Below are positions 18,442-28,032 of a stretch of DNA of 64,000 nucleotides, piece by piece. The number at the start of each line of letters is the position of its first letter. Within the stretch, counting starts at the first letter, position 1. The DNA lies in the NCBI GenBank assembly GCA_024655865.1, contig JANLFM010000009.1, positions 2,000 through 65,999 of the forward strand, written 5' to 3'. This DNA comes from Caldisericota bacterium. Its GTDB lineage: Bacteria; Caldisericota; JANLFM01. The notes under the pieces were generated by a model that had not been told where the DNA came from, did not search any database, and worked only from the letters and a program-made list of their open reading frames with translations. Both the position numbers and the translations under genes were made by a program.

Positions 18442-18754
18442 GGATCAGCGGACAAAACAGATTTATCAGCAGCTTATTGAGTTAATTTGTTACATAATTG
18501 TTAGCGCTCGCAATTTAGTCCAGGAACCAAAACTATACGGGCCTTTACGGATGATTGATGTTGCGGGAAGACTAGTCGACATATTAAGTTGTGAAGACAT
18601 CGAATTTCCTCTTTTACCAGTTTTCCGCAAACACATTGAAACCGCAAAGGATAGTATTATCGAAGGAGAAGCTTCTTTCGCTGCAAATTTAGAGTCTTTG
18701 GTATCTGATGTGATATCTGTTTTGGCTAACAGTCAAAAGGAGGGTACCCTGTGA
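18428..18754 (+). CDS. DUF6092 family protein, cyclodipeptide oxidase subunit B (AlbB)-like
   Basis: YIIVSARNLVQEPKLYGPLRMID matches the AlbB pattern YLLSSGRGLLEEPADYGIYRCTD (recalled); 108 aa, helical. Confidence 0.8.
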   Translation: MNTNRDQRTKQIYQQLIELICYIIVSARNLVQEPKLYGPLRMIDVAGRLVDILSCEDIEFPLLPVFRKHIETAKDSIIEGEASFAANLESLVSDVISVLANSQKEGTL

Positions 18755-19776
18755 AACTTGGGCCATTTATTCTCCGTCGCCTTTTATTGAGCATTTTTGT
18801 TCTTATTGGCTTATCGATAGTTATCTTTATTTTAGCTCGCGTAGTTCCCGGTGATCCAGCCCGGCTAGCTTTAGGACCAAGAGCGCCAGAAGATGTGGTT
18901 GAACAACTCCGCAAGGAATTACACATGGACAAGTCTTTACCGGAACAATATTGGATTTGGTTGACAAATGCCCTTCGTGGCGACCTTGGTAAATCGCTGG
19001 TGACTAAGCGCCCAGTGATTGAGGATATAAAAGAATACCTTCCTGCTACCTTGGAATTAGTCTTCTTTACTGCTATTTTCATGGTTTTCTTTGCTATTCT
19101 CCTTGGTACTCTTGCGGCCAGATATAAAGACAGGTGGGTAGACGGCGTGATTCGCATTTTCTCTTACATTGGCGTTTCTATTCCTGCATTCGTTTTAGCA
19201 GTGTTCTTTATCCTGATTTTCGGTTATGCTTGGCCAATTTTGCCGGTACTTGGTCGTTTGGGCTCTCAGTTCACTGTGGCAAGGGTTACAGGATTTATGA
19301 TTTTGGACTCCATGCTTGCGGGAAATTGGACTGCAGCTTGGAATGCATTTACGCACTTGATTTTGCCCGCAATCGCCTTGGCACTCGGTGGCACATTTCA
19401 AGAAGCCAGAATTACTCGTTCCAGCATGGTTGATAACTTGTCCAAAGATTTCATTGCTGCAGAAAGAGGGTATGGAATTCCTGAAAGGAGAATCATGTTT
19501 AAATATCTGCTTAAGCCCTCATTGATTCCGACAGTTTCTGTAATGGGAATGGATATTGCAGCGACGATAGGCAACGCCTTTTTGGTCGAGATGATTTTCA
19601 ACTGGCCAGGCATTTCCCGTTACGGAATCAACGCTATGCTTTTTAAAGACTTGAACGCGATCTCGGGGGTAGTGCTGATAATAGGGTTAATCTTTGCACT
19701 CACCAATATCGTCGTTGATATTATTGTTGCTTTTCTGGATCCTCGTGTCCGTTTGGGCGGAATAAGGGGGCAATAA
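18751..19776 (+). CDS. Peptide ABC transporter permease (DppB-like)
   Basis: VPGDPA, GDLGKS, PATLEL, HLILPA, VEMIFNWPGI, DPRVR. Confidence 0.94.
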   Translation: MKLGPFILRRLLLSIFVLIGLSIVIFILARVVPGDPARLALGPRAPEDVVEQLRKELHMDKSLPEQYWIWLTNALRGDLGKSLVTKRPVIEDIKEYLPATLELVFFTAIFMVFFAILLGTLAARYKDRWVDGVIRIFSYIGVSIPAFVLAVFFILIFGYAWPILPVLGRLGSQFTVARVTGFMILDSMLAGNWTAAWNAFTHLILPAIALALGGTFQEARITRSSMVDNLSKDFIAAERGYGIPERRIMFKYLLKPSLIPTVSVMGMDIAATIGNAFLVEMIFNWPGISRYGINAMLFKDLNAISGVVLIIGLIFALTNIVVDIIVAFLDPRVRLGGIRGQ

Positions 19777-19777
19777 T

Positions 19778-20692
19778 ATGGCCAATAAAAATTTTCTGGC
19801 AGTAACTGTTGAAAAGCCTCGAGAAAAGGGAAAGTGGCACAGGTTTTGGGATAGGGTATCTCGATACTGGTACCACTTTTCTCGCAATAAACTTTCCGTC
19901 GTGGGATTGGCGATTGTCGTTTTGGTGATTATACTAGCCATTTTTGCTCCTTTGGTAACGCCTTACCCTGAACATGCAGGCCCATTTGTCGACTATAAAA
20001 ATGCTGGTCAGCCTCCTAGCGCTAAGTATTGGCTTGGAACTGATCCCATCGGCAGAGATATCTTTTCTCGGATAATCTTTGCCTTCCGTGGTGCCCTGGT
20101 TATGTCAATTCTGGTTTTAGCAATCGCCGTACCAGTTGGTACTGTTTTTGGCCTTCTGGCTGGGTTTTATCATGGGACGATTATAGATACCGTTATTATG
20201 CGCATTTCAGACATATTCCTCTCCGTCCCCTCTCTTGTTCTTGCTCTGGCCATCGCTGCAGTGCTTAAGCCAAACCTAATGAATTCCATGATTGCGGTCA
20301 CAGTAATGTGGTGGCCATGGTATACGCGCCTTGTTTATGGTATGGCTTCCTCAATTCGAAACGATTATTTTGTAATTGCAGCAGAGTTGAGTGGAGCGAG
20401 CAAATTCCACATTATTTTCCGCGAAATTTTGCCCAATTGCCTTTCTCCTGTTTTCACGAAAATGGCCTTAGATGTGGGATGGGTGATTTTGATTGGTGCT
20501 TCGCTGAGCTTCGTAGGACTCGGGGAACAACCACCTACGCCAGCGTTAGGCCAGATGGTATCGGATGGCGCTAGGTATTTACCCCAGCTTTGGTGGATGA
20601 GCGTTTTTCCAGCTCTGGCTATAATCATCGTAATTTTAGGTTTTAATCTTTTTGGAGATGGAATTCGGGATATGTTGCAGTCTTCCCGTTAA
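19778..20692 (+). CDS. Peptide ABC transporter permease (DppC-like)
   Basis: WLGTDPIGRDIFSRI, EILPN, SLSFVGLG, FNLFGDGIRD. Confidence 0.94.
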   Translation: MANKNFLAVTVEKPREKGKWHRFWDRVSRYWYHFSRNKLSVVGLAIVVLVIILAIFAPLVTPYPEHAGPFVDYKNAGQPPSAKYWLGTDPIGRDIFSRIIFAFRGALVMSILVLAIAVPVGTVFGLLAGFYHGTIIDTVIMRISDIFLSVPSLVLALAIAAVLKPNLMNSMIAVTVMWWPWYTRLVYGMASSIRNDYFVIAAELSGASKFHIIFREILPNCLSPVFTKMALDVGWVILIGASLSFVGLGEQPPTPALGQMVSDGARYLPQLWWMSVFPALAIIIVILGFNLFGDGIRDMLQSSR

Positions 20693-20715
20693 ATGGCCTA
20701 AAGAGAGGAGCGCTA

Positions 20716-21702
20716 ATGGACGATAAGACCTTACTCGAGATAAAGGATCTTCATGTTTGGTACAAAGTTTATGGAGGCTACCTAAAGGTTCTTCATGGAG
20801 TGAATTTTTTAGTGCGTAAAGGAGAGCGAGTGGGACTAGTAGGGGAAGCCGGGTGCGGCAAAACTACTACCATGAAATCGATCCTGCAAATTCTTCCGCC
20901 AGGTGACTCTCGCATTCCTAAGGGAGAAATAATTTATAAGGGGAAGGATATCTTGAAAATGAGCTTTGGCGAGCTTCAAAGGCTTCGCTCCAAAGAGGTT
21001 GCCATGATCTTTCAAGACCCGACTGCTGCCCTGAACCCAGTTTTCACAATAGGAGCTCAAATCGGGGACGTCGTCAGATATTCAATCGCCTTAGAAGAGA
21101 AGAGAGTTAAGAAAGAAAAAATTAAAACGCTGTCAGCTAGGGCTCTAAAAGAGGTTTACATGCCAGACCCTGAGAGAATCTTAACGAACTACCCCTTTCA
21201 GTTGAGTGGTGGCATGCGACAGAGGGTTTGTATTGCAATGTCCATTTCCTCTCCTCGAAACCTGCTCATCGCTGATGAACCCGGAACATCCCTGGACGTT
21301 ACAATTCAGGACCAGATCCTTCGCCTCCTAAAGGAGATTGTGGAGAAGCAAGGGACCTCTATCATTTTAATCACCCACTCTCTGGGCGTTGCCCGGGAAA
21401 TGACTGACAGGATATACGTGATGTATGCGGGGACAATCGTGGAAACCGCTCCCGCCAAAGACCTTTTTAAGAATCCGGTGCATCCATATACCAGAGGTCT
21501 ACTGGCCTCCGTTCCTAAAATATCCGGAGGGGGAATAGCCCGGGGCATTCCAGGAAGAATCCCGGATTACCTGAATCCTCCACCTGGCTGCCGATTCCAG
21601 CCAAGGTGCGAATACGCTACTCCTTCTTGCCAGGAGAAACCGCCTCAATTGTTCGAGATTGATAAAGACCACTTTGTAGCATGTTATTTGGCTCAGAGGT
21701 GA
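20716..21702 (+). CDS. Peptide ABC transporter ATP-binding subunit (DppD-like)
   Basis: GEAGCGKT, YPFQLSGGMRQR, IADEP, HPYT, GCRFQPRC. Confidence 0.94.
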   Translation: MDDKTLLEIKDLHVWYKVYGGYLKVLHGVNFLVRKGERVGLVGEAGCGKTTTMKSILQILPPGDSRIPKGEIIYKGKDILKMSFGELQRLRSKEVAMIFQDPTAALNPVFTIGAQIGDVVRYSIALEEKRVKKEKIKTLSARALKEVYMPDPERILTNYPFQLSGGMRQRVCIAMSISSPRNLLIADEPGTSLDVTIQDQILRLLKEIVEKQGTSIILITHSLGVAREMTDRIYVMYAGTIVETAPAKDLFKNPVHPYTRGLLASVPKISGGGIARGIPGRIPDYLNPPPGCRFQPRCEYATPSCQEKPPQLFEIDKDHFVACYLAQR

Positions 21703-21707
21703 ATGCA

Positions 21708-22706
21708 ATGACTCAACAGGGAAATAGTGAAATCTTGAAAGTCGTAAATTTGAAAAAGTACTTCCGCATTGGCAAGGATAAGAGGGGTCCGATTTACGTT
21801 CGTGCTGTCGATGGGGTAAGCTTCAATGTCAAATATGGTGAGACTCTGGGATTAGTAGGAGAATCTGGTTCTGGGAAGAGCACGATCGCTTATACAGTTG
21901 TGGGAATGTATCGCCCGACATCAGGACAAATTCTTTTTAAGAATCAGAATATCGGCATGGAAGCAGTGAGGAGGCCATTGTCCCTTAAAAAGGAAATCCA
22001 GATCGTTTTTCAAGACCCGGGATCCTCTCTTAATCCAAGGCAAACAATTGAACAAATTTTAAGGCTGCCTCTTAAGCTTCACACCAACACGCCAAAGAAA
22101 CAACTTAAAGAAAAAATGATTGAGCTTCTGGAAAAGGTTGAACTTCCTGCGGATTATCTGTACAAATCACCCCCATCCATCGGTGGTGGGGAAAAACAAA
22201 TGGTGGCCATTGCCAGAGCTCTGGCCCCTAACCCCTCCCTGATTGTTCTTGACGAACCCACTTCCGCTTTGGATGTCTCAGTGCAGGCAAAGATCATCAA
22301 TAAACTAATGGATCTGCAAAAAGAACTGAACTTAACCTATTTGTTCATCACCCATGACCTGAGCCTGATGAGAAATGTAGCGAACAGAATCGCAATCATG
22401 TATCTGGGAAAAATTTGCGAGGTTGCTGATGCCGCCACCTTCTTTGAAAAGCCTCTCCACCCCTATACCCAGATGCTCATCTCCTCGGTGCCTGTGGTTA
22501 CCGAAGAGGAGGAGAGACTAAAGCCCAAGAAGGTCGTGTCTATAGGGGAAATCCCCAGCCCTGTCAACATTCCACCGGGATGCAGTTTCCATCTGAGGTG
22601 CCCATATAAAATGCCGATCTGCTCGGAGGTTGATCCCGAGATGAAAGAGGTTGCTCCTGAACACATTGTTAGGTGTCATCTTTTCGGGAAACAGGCAAGT
22701 GGATAG
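21708..22706 (+). CDS. Peptide ABC transporter ATP-binding subunit (DppF-like)
   Basis: [38 protein letters not shown]. Start moved to the ATG at 21708 after GAGGTG. Confidence 0.93.
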   Translation: MTQQGNSEILKVVNLKKYFRIGKDKRGPIYVRAVDGVSFNVKYGETLGLVGESGSGKSTIAYTVVGMYRPTSGQILFKNQNIGMEAVRRPLSLKKEIQIVFQDPGSSLNPRQTIEQILRLPLKLHTNTPKKQLKEKMIELLEKVELPADYLYKSPPSIGGGEKQMVAIARALAPNPSLIVLDEPTSALDVSVQAKIINKLMDLQKELNLTYLFITHDLSLMRNVANRIAIMYLGKICEVADAATFFEKPLHPYTQMLISSVPVVTEEEERLKPKKVVSIGEIPSPVNIPPGCSFHLRCPYKMPICSEVDPEMKEVAPEHIVRCHLFGKQASG

Positions 22707-22720
22707 GAGGCGGATAAATA

Positions 22721-23470
22721 GTGCAAAGGAAAATTCTCTACATAGAACCCGTTGTGAGCAATATGGCAGCTTCCTGGAAAGAGTATCTATCAAAATTTAT
22801 TTCCCCGGAGACGGAACTTGAGGTAACTTCTCTGCCCGAAGGTCCCAGGCATCTGGAATATTATTCTTACGGATCGCTGGTCGTGCCTCAACTTTTAAAA
22901 ATTATAAGAAAAGCGGAAAGAGAAAATTTCGATGGGGCAATCATCGGGTGCTTTTACGATCCTGGTTTAAGGGAAGCCCGAGAAATCGCAGAGCAATTAG
23001 TGGTTACTGCTCCCGCTGAAGCTTCAATGCATATTGCTTCTACCTTGGGGCAGCGCTTTTCCATAATCGTTACAGAAAATAAAACTGTACCTCTCATGAG
23101 GGAGAATGTCATTAAATACGGGTTTTTGGATCATTTAGCATCCTTCCGGGCCCTTGGCATGGGGGTTCTGGAGCTCCAAGTTGATCCGGAGGAAACCAAA
23201 AGGAGAATCGTGCGGGCCGCGGAGCAAGCCATAGAGCAAGATGGAGCGGAAGTCATCATCCTCGGTTGTACTATTCAATTCGGGTTCTATCAGGAATTGC
23301 AGGGTACTTTAAGAGTTCCGGTAATAGACGTTGCCTGTGCTGCCTTGAATTATGCTGAATTCCTCATAGATTTGAAGGATAAACACGGCTGGTATTTTAA
23401 CAAGAAGAACGAGTATCTTCCACCTCCAAGAGAAGAAATAGAAGCCTGGAAACTTTCAGAGTTATTTTAA
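22721..23470 (+). CDS. Asp/Glu/hydantoin racemase family protein (second)
   Basis: FDGAIIGCFYDPGLREARE, AEVIILGCT, VPVID; both catalytic Cys present. Confidence 0.9.
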   Translation: MQRKILYIEPVVSNMAASWKEYLSKFISPETELEVTSLPEGPRHLEYYSYGSLVVPQLLKIIRKAERENFDGAIIGCFYDPGLREAREIAEQLVVTAPAEASMHIASTLGQRFSIIVTENKTVPLMRENVIKYGFLDHLASFRALGMGVLELQVDPEETKRRIVRAAEQAIEQDGAEVIILGCTIQFGFYQELQGTLRVPVIDVACAALNYAEFLIDLKDKHGWYFNKKNEYLPPPREEIEAWKLSELF

Positions 23471-23590
23471 ATACTTTTGATGCAAAATTTTTTGCCCCAC
23501 GGATTACTTCTGCTCCTGAGAAAAAAGACCCCTCGGTTAAATCTTGATCGAGACCTCATGATTATTGAAAACGGAGAAAAATAGGGCCCT

Positions 23591-24514
23591 TTGATAAGAG
23601 AAAATGGATCCTTGAGGTTTAAGATCTTAAAACCTTTTCCCAATTTAAAGAGTTTTCTCGGGGATTTATTGCTGCTTCTGGCGGCTATGATCTGGGGAAT
23701 GGGTTATGTTGCAAGGAGGATTGGAAGCCTGGAAGCCCCGCCATTCACTTTTAATGGATTGCGGTTTTTGATCGGAGCGGTTGTCTTAATTCCTCCTCTT
23801 TTTATCAAAGGAATTAAAAATCAATTGAGAGCTCAGGAGATCTATGCCGGGATTATTACCGGTTTCTGCCTCTGTATCGGGACAAATTTGCAACAAATTG
23901 GCCTAAAGTGGACTGACGCGGGAAAGGCCGGCTTCATTACAGGTTTGTATGTTGTCTTGGTTCCCGTTATCGGGCTTTTCCTGGGAAGGAAAGTCAATCT
24001 TTTTAATTCAATTGGAATTCTTTTTGCGCTTTCTGGCCTTTTTTTCCTGAGTCCCTGGCAAGGGGGATCAATAAATCAGGGGGATTTAATCATGATCCTT
24101 TGTGCCCTAATTTACGCAATTTATATTATCATTGTTGGAAAATTCTCCCCGGAATGCAACCCTTTGGGTTTTTCCTTTGTTACCTTTTTATCCTGCGGGA
24201 TACTGAGCCTCTTCCCAGGAGTTTTTGAAAGATCCCAGTGGGGGACCCTCCAGGAGGTAATTTGGCCCCTGTTATATTCCGGGCTTTTTGCGGTGGGAAT
24301 TGCATATTCTTTGCAGGTTACGGCACAAAAATTGACCCTTCCCAACCATGCTGCGATTATAATGAGCCTTGAGGCGGTTTTTGCGGTCATATTTGGGGTT
24401 TTGATACTTCAGGAAAATCTGAGTCCACGGGAATTGATTGGGTGCTTTTTGATGCTTTCCAGTTTTGTCGTTGTCCAGGGGGACAAACTTAGAGGGAACT
24501 TTGAATTGAAGTAA
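23591..24514 (+). CDS. EamA/DMT family transporter
   Basis: AAMIWG..RFLIG, AGFITGLYVVLVP, SLEAVFA; ten TM segments. Confidence 0.9.
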   Translation: MIRENGSLRFKILKPFPNLKSFLGDLLLLLAAMIWGMGYVARRIGSLEAPPFTFNGLRFLIGAVVLIPPLFIKGIKNQLRAQEIYAGIITGFCLCIGTNLQQIGLKWTDAGKAGFITGLYVVLVPVIGLFLGRKVNLFNSIGILFALSGLFFLSPWQGGSINQGDLIMILCALIYAIYIIIVGKFSPECNPLGFSFVTFLSCGILSLFPGVFERSQWGTLQEVIWPLLYSGLFAVGIAYSLQVTAQKLTLPNHAAIIMSLEAVFAVIFGVLILQENLSPRELIGCFLMLSSFVVVQGDKLRGNFELK

Positions 24515-24637
24515 CTTTCAGGCCAACTTTCCTCTGAATTTTTTAAATTTTTTGCCCTTTGCATTTTTCCGGAGTGGGTTTACATTTACCAGACTTTACT
24601 TTATCTTAAATAAAATCTAAAATTTTAAACAAGAGAT

Positions 24638-25621
24638 ATGCTGCTCTTTATAAGAGGGCAAGAAATTTCTCAGATTCTGACGATGACAGAGGCCATCAAG
24701 GCAGTGGAGGATGGGTTTCTCTCACTTTATCAAGGCAAGGTGTTGATGCCTCAAAGGACGGTCCTGAATACCGGAATCAACGACGGTACCCTCCTCACTA
24801 TGCCAGTTTTAGTCGCAAGCGATTCCCCCTCTATGGCGGTCAAAGTGATCACAGTCTATCCTCAGAACCCCGTACTTTTCAGCCTCCCCGCAATTCAGGG
24901 TCTTGTTATTCTTTATGATCCGGAAAAGGGAAAGCCCCTTGCTATCATCGATGGTGCTGCCTTAACCGCTATCAGGACTGGATCTGCAGGAGGGGTAGCA
25001 GCCAAATATCTGGCACGGCAGGATTCCCGGACAGTTACCCTTTTCGGTGTGGGAGCCCAGGGGGAGACTCAGCTTGAGGCCGTTTGCACCGTTTGCCTCA
25101 TTAAGAAGGCTTTTATCATCACGAACAATGATCCTCGCGAGCGACCTTTCCTTGAAAAAATGAAAGAAAAATTAGGTATTGAGCTCATTCTCACCGGGGA
25201 TAAAAAATCAGCCCTGGAGCAGTCGGACATCGTAATCACGGCTACTAATTCTCGCATTCCCCTTTTCGATGGAAGGTGGGTAAGACCGGGGACGCATATC
25301 ACGGCCATTGGTTCTTACAAACCAGATTTCAGGGAGCTGGATACAGAAACCATTAAAAGAAGCCGGATCTTCGTTGACAGCCTGGATGCTGCAAAAGAAG
25401 AGGCGGGCGATTTAATTATCCCCGTCTCCGAAGGAGCAATTACCTGGGACTCCGTCGCTGGAGAAATTGGGGCGGTGATTGCAGGAGAGATTCCCGGAAG
25501 AAAGAGCGAGAAGGAGATAACCCTGTTCAAATCGGTAGGCCTGGCGGTACAGGATGCCGTTGTGGCCCAGGAGATATACCGGAGAGCACTAAAGGCTGGA
25601 CTGGGAACAAAATTAGATTAG
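24638..25621 (+). CDS. Ornithine cyclodeaminase/mu-crystallin family; probable Delta1-pyrroline-2-carboxylate reductase
   Basis: LTAIRTG, GVGAQG, PGTHITAIGS, ITLFKSVGLAVQD; adjacent to a Cys/Thr proline-racemase-family gene. Confidence 0.85.
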   Translation: MLLFIRGQEISQILTMTEAIKAVEDGFLSLYQGKVLMPQRTVLNTGINDGTLLTMPVLVASDSPSMAVKVITVYPQNPVLFSLPAIQGLVILYDPEKGKPLAIIDGAALTAIRTGSAGGVAAKYLARQDSRTVTLFGVGAQGETQLEAVCTVCLIKKAFIITNNDPRERPFLEKMKEKLGIELILTGDKKSALEQSDIVITATNSRIPLFDGRWVRPGTHITAIGSYKPDFRELDTETIKRSRIFVDSLDAAKEEAGDLIIPVSEGAITWDSVAGEIGAVIAGEIPGRKSEKEITLFKSVGLAVQDAVVAQEIYRRALKAGLGTKLD

Positions 25622-25632
25622 GAGGGAGAAAC

Positions 25633-26661
25633 TTGGAGATCACCTGGAAACCGCCGAAGGACTGGATGAAGATCAAGACCATAGACGCCCACGCAGCTGG
25701 GGAACCCCTGAGAGTTATAGTTGAGGGTTATCCCCCTATTCCGGGAAAGACCATCCTGGAAAAGAGGCGATATCTCAAAGAGAACCTGGATTTTCTGCGC
25801 ACTGCCTTGATGTGGGAACCTCGGGGGCACGCCGACATGTACGGCGCAATTATCACAGAACCCGTGAGCCGGGAAAGCGATGTAGGGGTGATTTTCTTGC
25901 ATAACGAAGGGTACAGCACAATGTGCGGACACGGGGTGATCGCCTTAGCCACCGTCCTCCTTGAGACCGGGATAATCGAAAAGGAAGGGGATAATCCGGT
26001 GATCAAAATGGACACACCGGCTGGTCTGGTGACTGCGGTGGCACACAGGGAGGGAGGCGGGGTTAAAGAAGTTTCCTTCCAGAATGTTCCCTCCTTCCTC
26101 TATTTGAGGGATCAGGTTGTGGAAGTCCCGGGAATTGGTAAAGTGAAATACGATGTGGCTTTCGGAGGAGCCTTTTACGCCTTTGTGAATGCTGAGGAAA
26201 TTGGGATCGGGTTGGGCCCGGAGGATTTCCGCCAGCTGATCGATAAAGGTATGCGCATAAAGCATGCGGTCATGGATTCCGTGCCCATCCGGCATCCCTT
26301 TGAGGATGATTTAAGCTTCCTCTACGGGACGATCATTGTGGGCAAAGCGCAGGAGCCTGAACACCACAGCAGGAACGTTTGCATTTTCGCTAACGGAGAA
26401 GTAGACCGCTCTCCCACCGGGACAGGGGTGAGCGCACGCGCAGCGATCCATCATTTCAAGGGAGAGTTAAAAATGAATGAGCCCTTTACCGTGGAAAGTA
26501 TTATCGGTACCTGTTTTACAGGGAAAGCAGTCGACAAAACCAAATTTGGTCCTTATGATGCGGTGATCCCCGAAGTAACCGGAAGTGCCTCCATCGTCGG
26601 GCTTTGTGAGTGGTGTATTGACCCACAGGACCCGTTGCGCCACGGCTTTATTCTCCGTTAA
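25633..26661 (+). CDS. Proline racemase family, Cys/Thr dyad; probable trans-3-hydroxy-L-proline dehydratase
   Basis: IDAHAAGEP, EPRGHADMYG, STMCGHG (Cys) and DRSPTGTG (Thr in place of the second Cys). Confidence 0.88.
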   Translation: MEITWKPPKDWMKIKTIDAHAAGEPLRVIVEGYPPIPGKTILEKRRYLKENLDFLRTALMWEPRGHADMYGAIITEPVSRESDVGVIFLHNEGYSTMCGHGVIALATVLLETGIIEKEGDNPVIKMDTPAGLVTAVAHREGGGVKEVSFQNVPSFLYLRDQVVEVPGIGKVKYDVAFGGAFYAFVNAEEIGIGLGPEDFRQLIDKGMRIKHAVMDSVPIRHPFEDDLSFLYGTIIVGKAQEPEHHSRNVCIFANGEVDRSPTGTGVSARAAIHHFKGELKMNEPFTVESIIGTCFTGKAVDKTKFGPYDAVIPEVTGSASIVGLCEWCIDPQDPLRHGFILR

Positions 26662-26800
26662 GCGGTTACAGAATAAATTGAAAATCGTGGTAAACTACTT
26701 TTGATTTCCTCATACCGGGATGAAAGGAGGGGAGAAAAGGCAACAAATTCTTGATGTCCTCTAAAAGTAACCTAAAAAAGGAGGTAAATGGAGGAAGGGC

Positions 26801-28009
26801 ATGAAGAAAACTATAGTTTGGTTGTTAATTAGTGTTTTGTCAGTGGCGCTTTTAATCACCGGGTGCGCACAGCCGAGCACTCCCACTCCAACTGCAACCA
26901 CAAGTGCTTCTCCCACCCCTACACCTGCGGAAACAATCAAGATCGGACTTCAGGCGCCATTAACCGGTAATTTTGCCGCTGAAGGCCAGTGGGCCAAGCA
27001 GTGCGTCGAGGTAGCTGCTGATCTGATCAACCAAAAAGGCGGCATTTTAGGAAAAAAGGTTGAGATTGTCATTGCAGATGACGGTTCCAACCCCAAGGAT
27101 AGTGCTCTGGCCGCCCAGAAACTGATCTCCCAGGGCCTGAAGGAAGTGATCGCTTCCTACGGTTCCTCAGTTACCGCTCCTGCCGCTGACCTCTATGATG
27201 CCAATAAGGTCGTCTCCGTGGGTTACGGTTGCACTGCTGTCCGTCTGACCATGGAGAAGCAGCGTCCCTACTTCTTCCGCACAGCCGGGCGTGATGACAC
27301 CCAGTCCGAATTCTTCGCCAAATTTGCGGTGGAAGTTCTTAAGGCCAAACGCATTGCCATCATGCACGACAACCAGGACTACGGAAAGGGAGTTGCGGAA
27401 GACGCCAAAAAATACCTCCAACCATATATCGATAAAGGAGAGTGTGAAATCGTCTATTACGATGCCATAACTCCTGGGGAAAGTGACTACTCCGCAGTGG
27501 TCAGCCAGATAAAAGAGATCAACCCAGATGTCTGGTTCTTCACCGCCTACTACCCTGAAGCGGCTCTGCTGCTTAAGCAAGCGCGTCAAGCGGGAGTAAC
27601 CTGCACCTTTGTGGGCAATAACTCCGTTCCTACTCCTGAGTTCGAGAAGATTGCGGGTGTGGATGTCATCAAGGGGTCTATCCACCTCAACGAGCCCATG
27701 CCCCAATTCTTGACCACCCCCGAAGCTAAGGAATTCATGGAGGCCTACAAAGCGAAATACAATGAACTTCCAGGGTCTATCTGGGCAGTTTACGCCGCTG
27801 ACGCCTTGAACGCCCTGGCAGCCGCTATTGAGAAGGCTGGAAGCACTGATCCCGATGCTGTTGCCAATGCTATGCGCACCATGACCGATGCCAAGGGTAT
27901 TACTGGACCCTTGATGTTTACCGAGCGCGGTGACCGCAAGAACATCCCTTACTATGCTTACATTTATAACGAAGAGGGTAAATTAGAGCTCTACTGGCCT
28001 AAAGATTAA
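26801..28009 (+). CDS. Branched-chain-type amino acid ABC substrate-binding lipoprotein (LivK-like)
   Basis: Lipobox LITGC, IKIGLQAPLTG, INQKGGILG, FFRT...DDTQ, GITG. Confidence 0.92.
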   Translation: MKKTIVWLLISVLSVALLITGCAQPSTPTPTATTSASPTPTPAETIKIGLQAPLTGNFAAEGQWAKQCVEVAADLINQKGGILGKKVEIVIADDGSNPKDSALAAQKLISQGLKEVIASYGSSVTAPAADLYDANKVVSVGYGCTAVRLTMEKQRPYFFRTAGRDDTQSEFFAKFAVEVLKAKRIAIMHDNQDYGKGVAEDAKKYLQPYIDKGECEIVYYDAITPGESDYSAVVSQIKEINPDVWFFTAYYPEAALLLKQARQAGVTCTFVGNNSVPTPEFEKIAGVDVIKGSIHLNEPMPQFLTTPEAKEFMEAYKAKYNELPGSIWAVYAADALNALAAAIEKAGSTDPDAVANAMRTMTDAKGITGPLMFTERGDRKNIPYYAYIYNEEGKLELYWPKD

Positions 28010-28032
28010 AGGTTAAAGAGGAAGGCCCGCGC

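Noticed and set aside
10143-23590. Island as a biosynthetic diketopiperazine cluster
   Set aside because: No CDPS- or NRPS-like ORF was recognised, and the transporters are importers paired with peptidases.
25633-26661. Proline racemase or 4-hydroxyproline epimerase call
   Set aside because: The second catalytic Cys is Thr (DRSPTGTG), which is the dehydratase signature.
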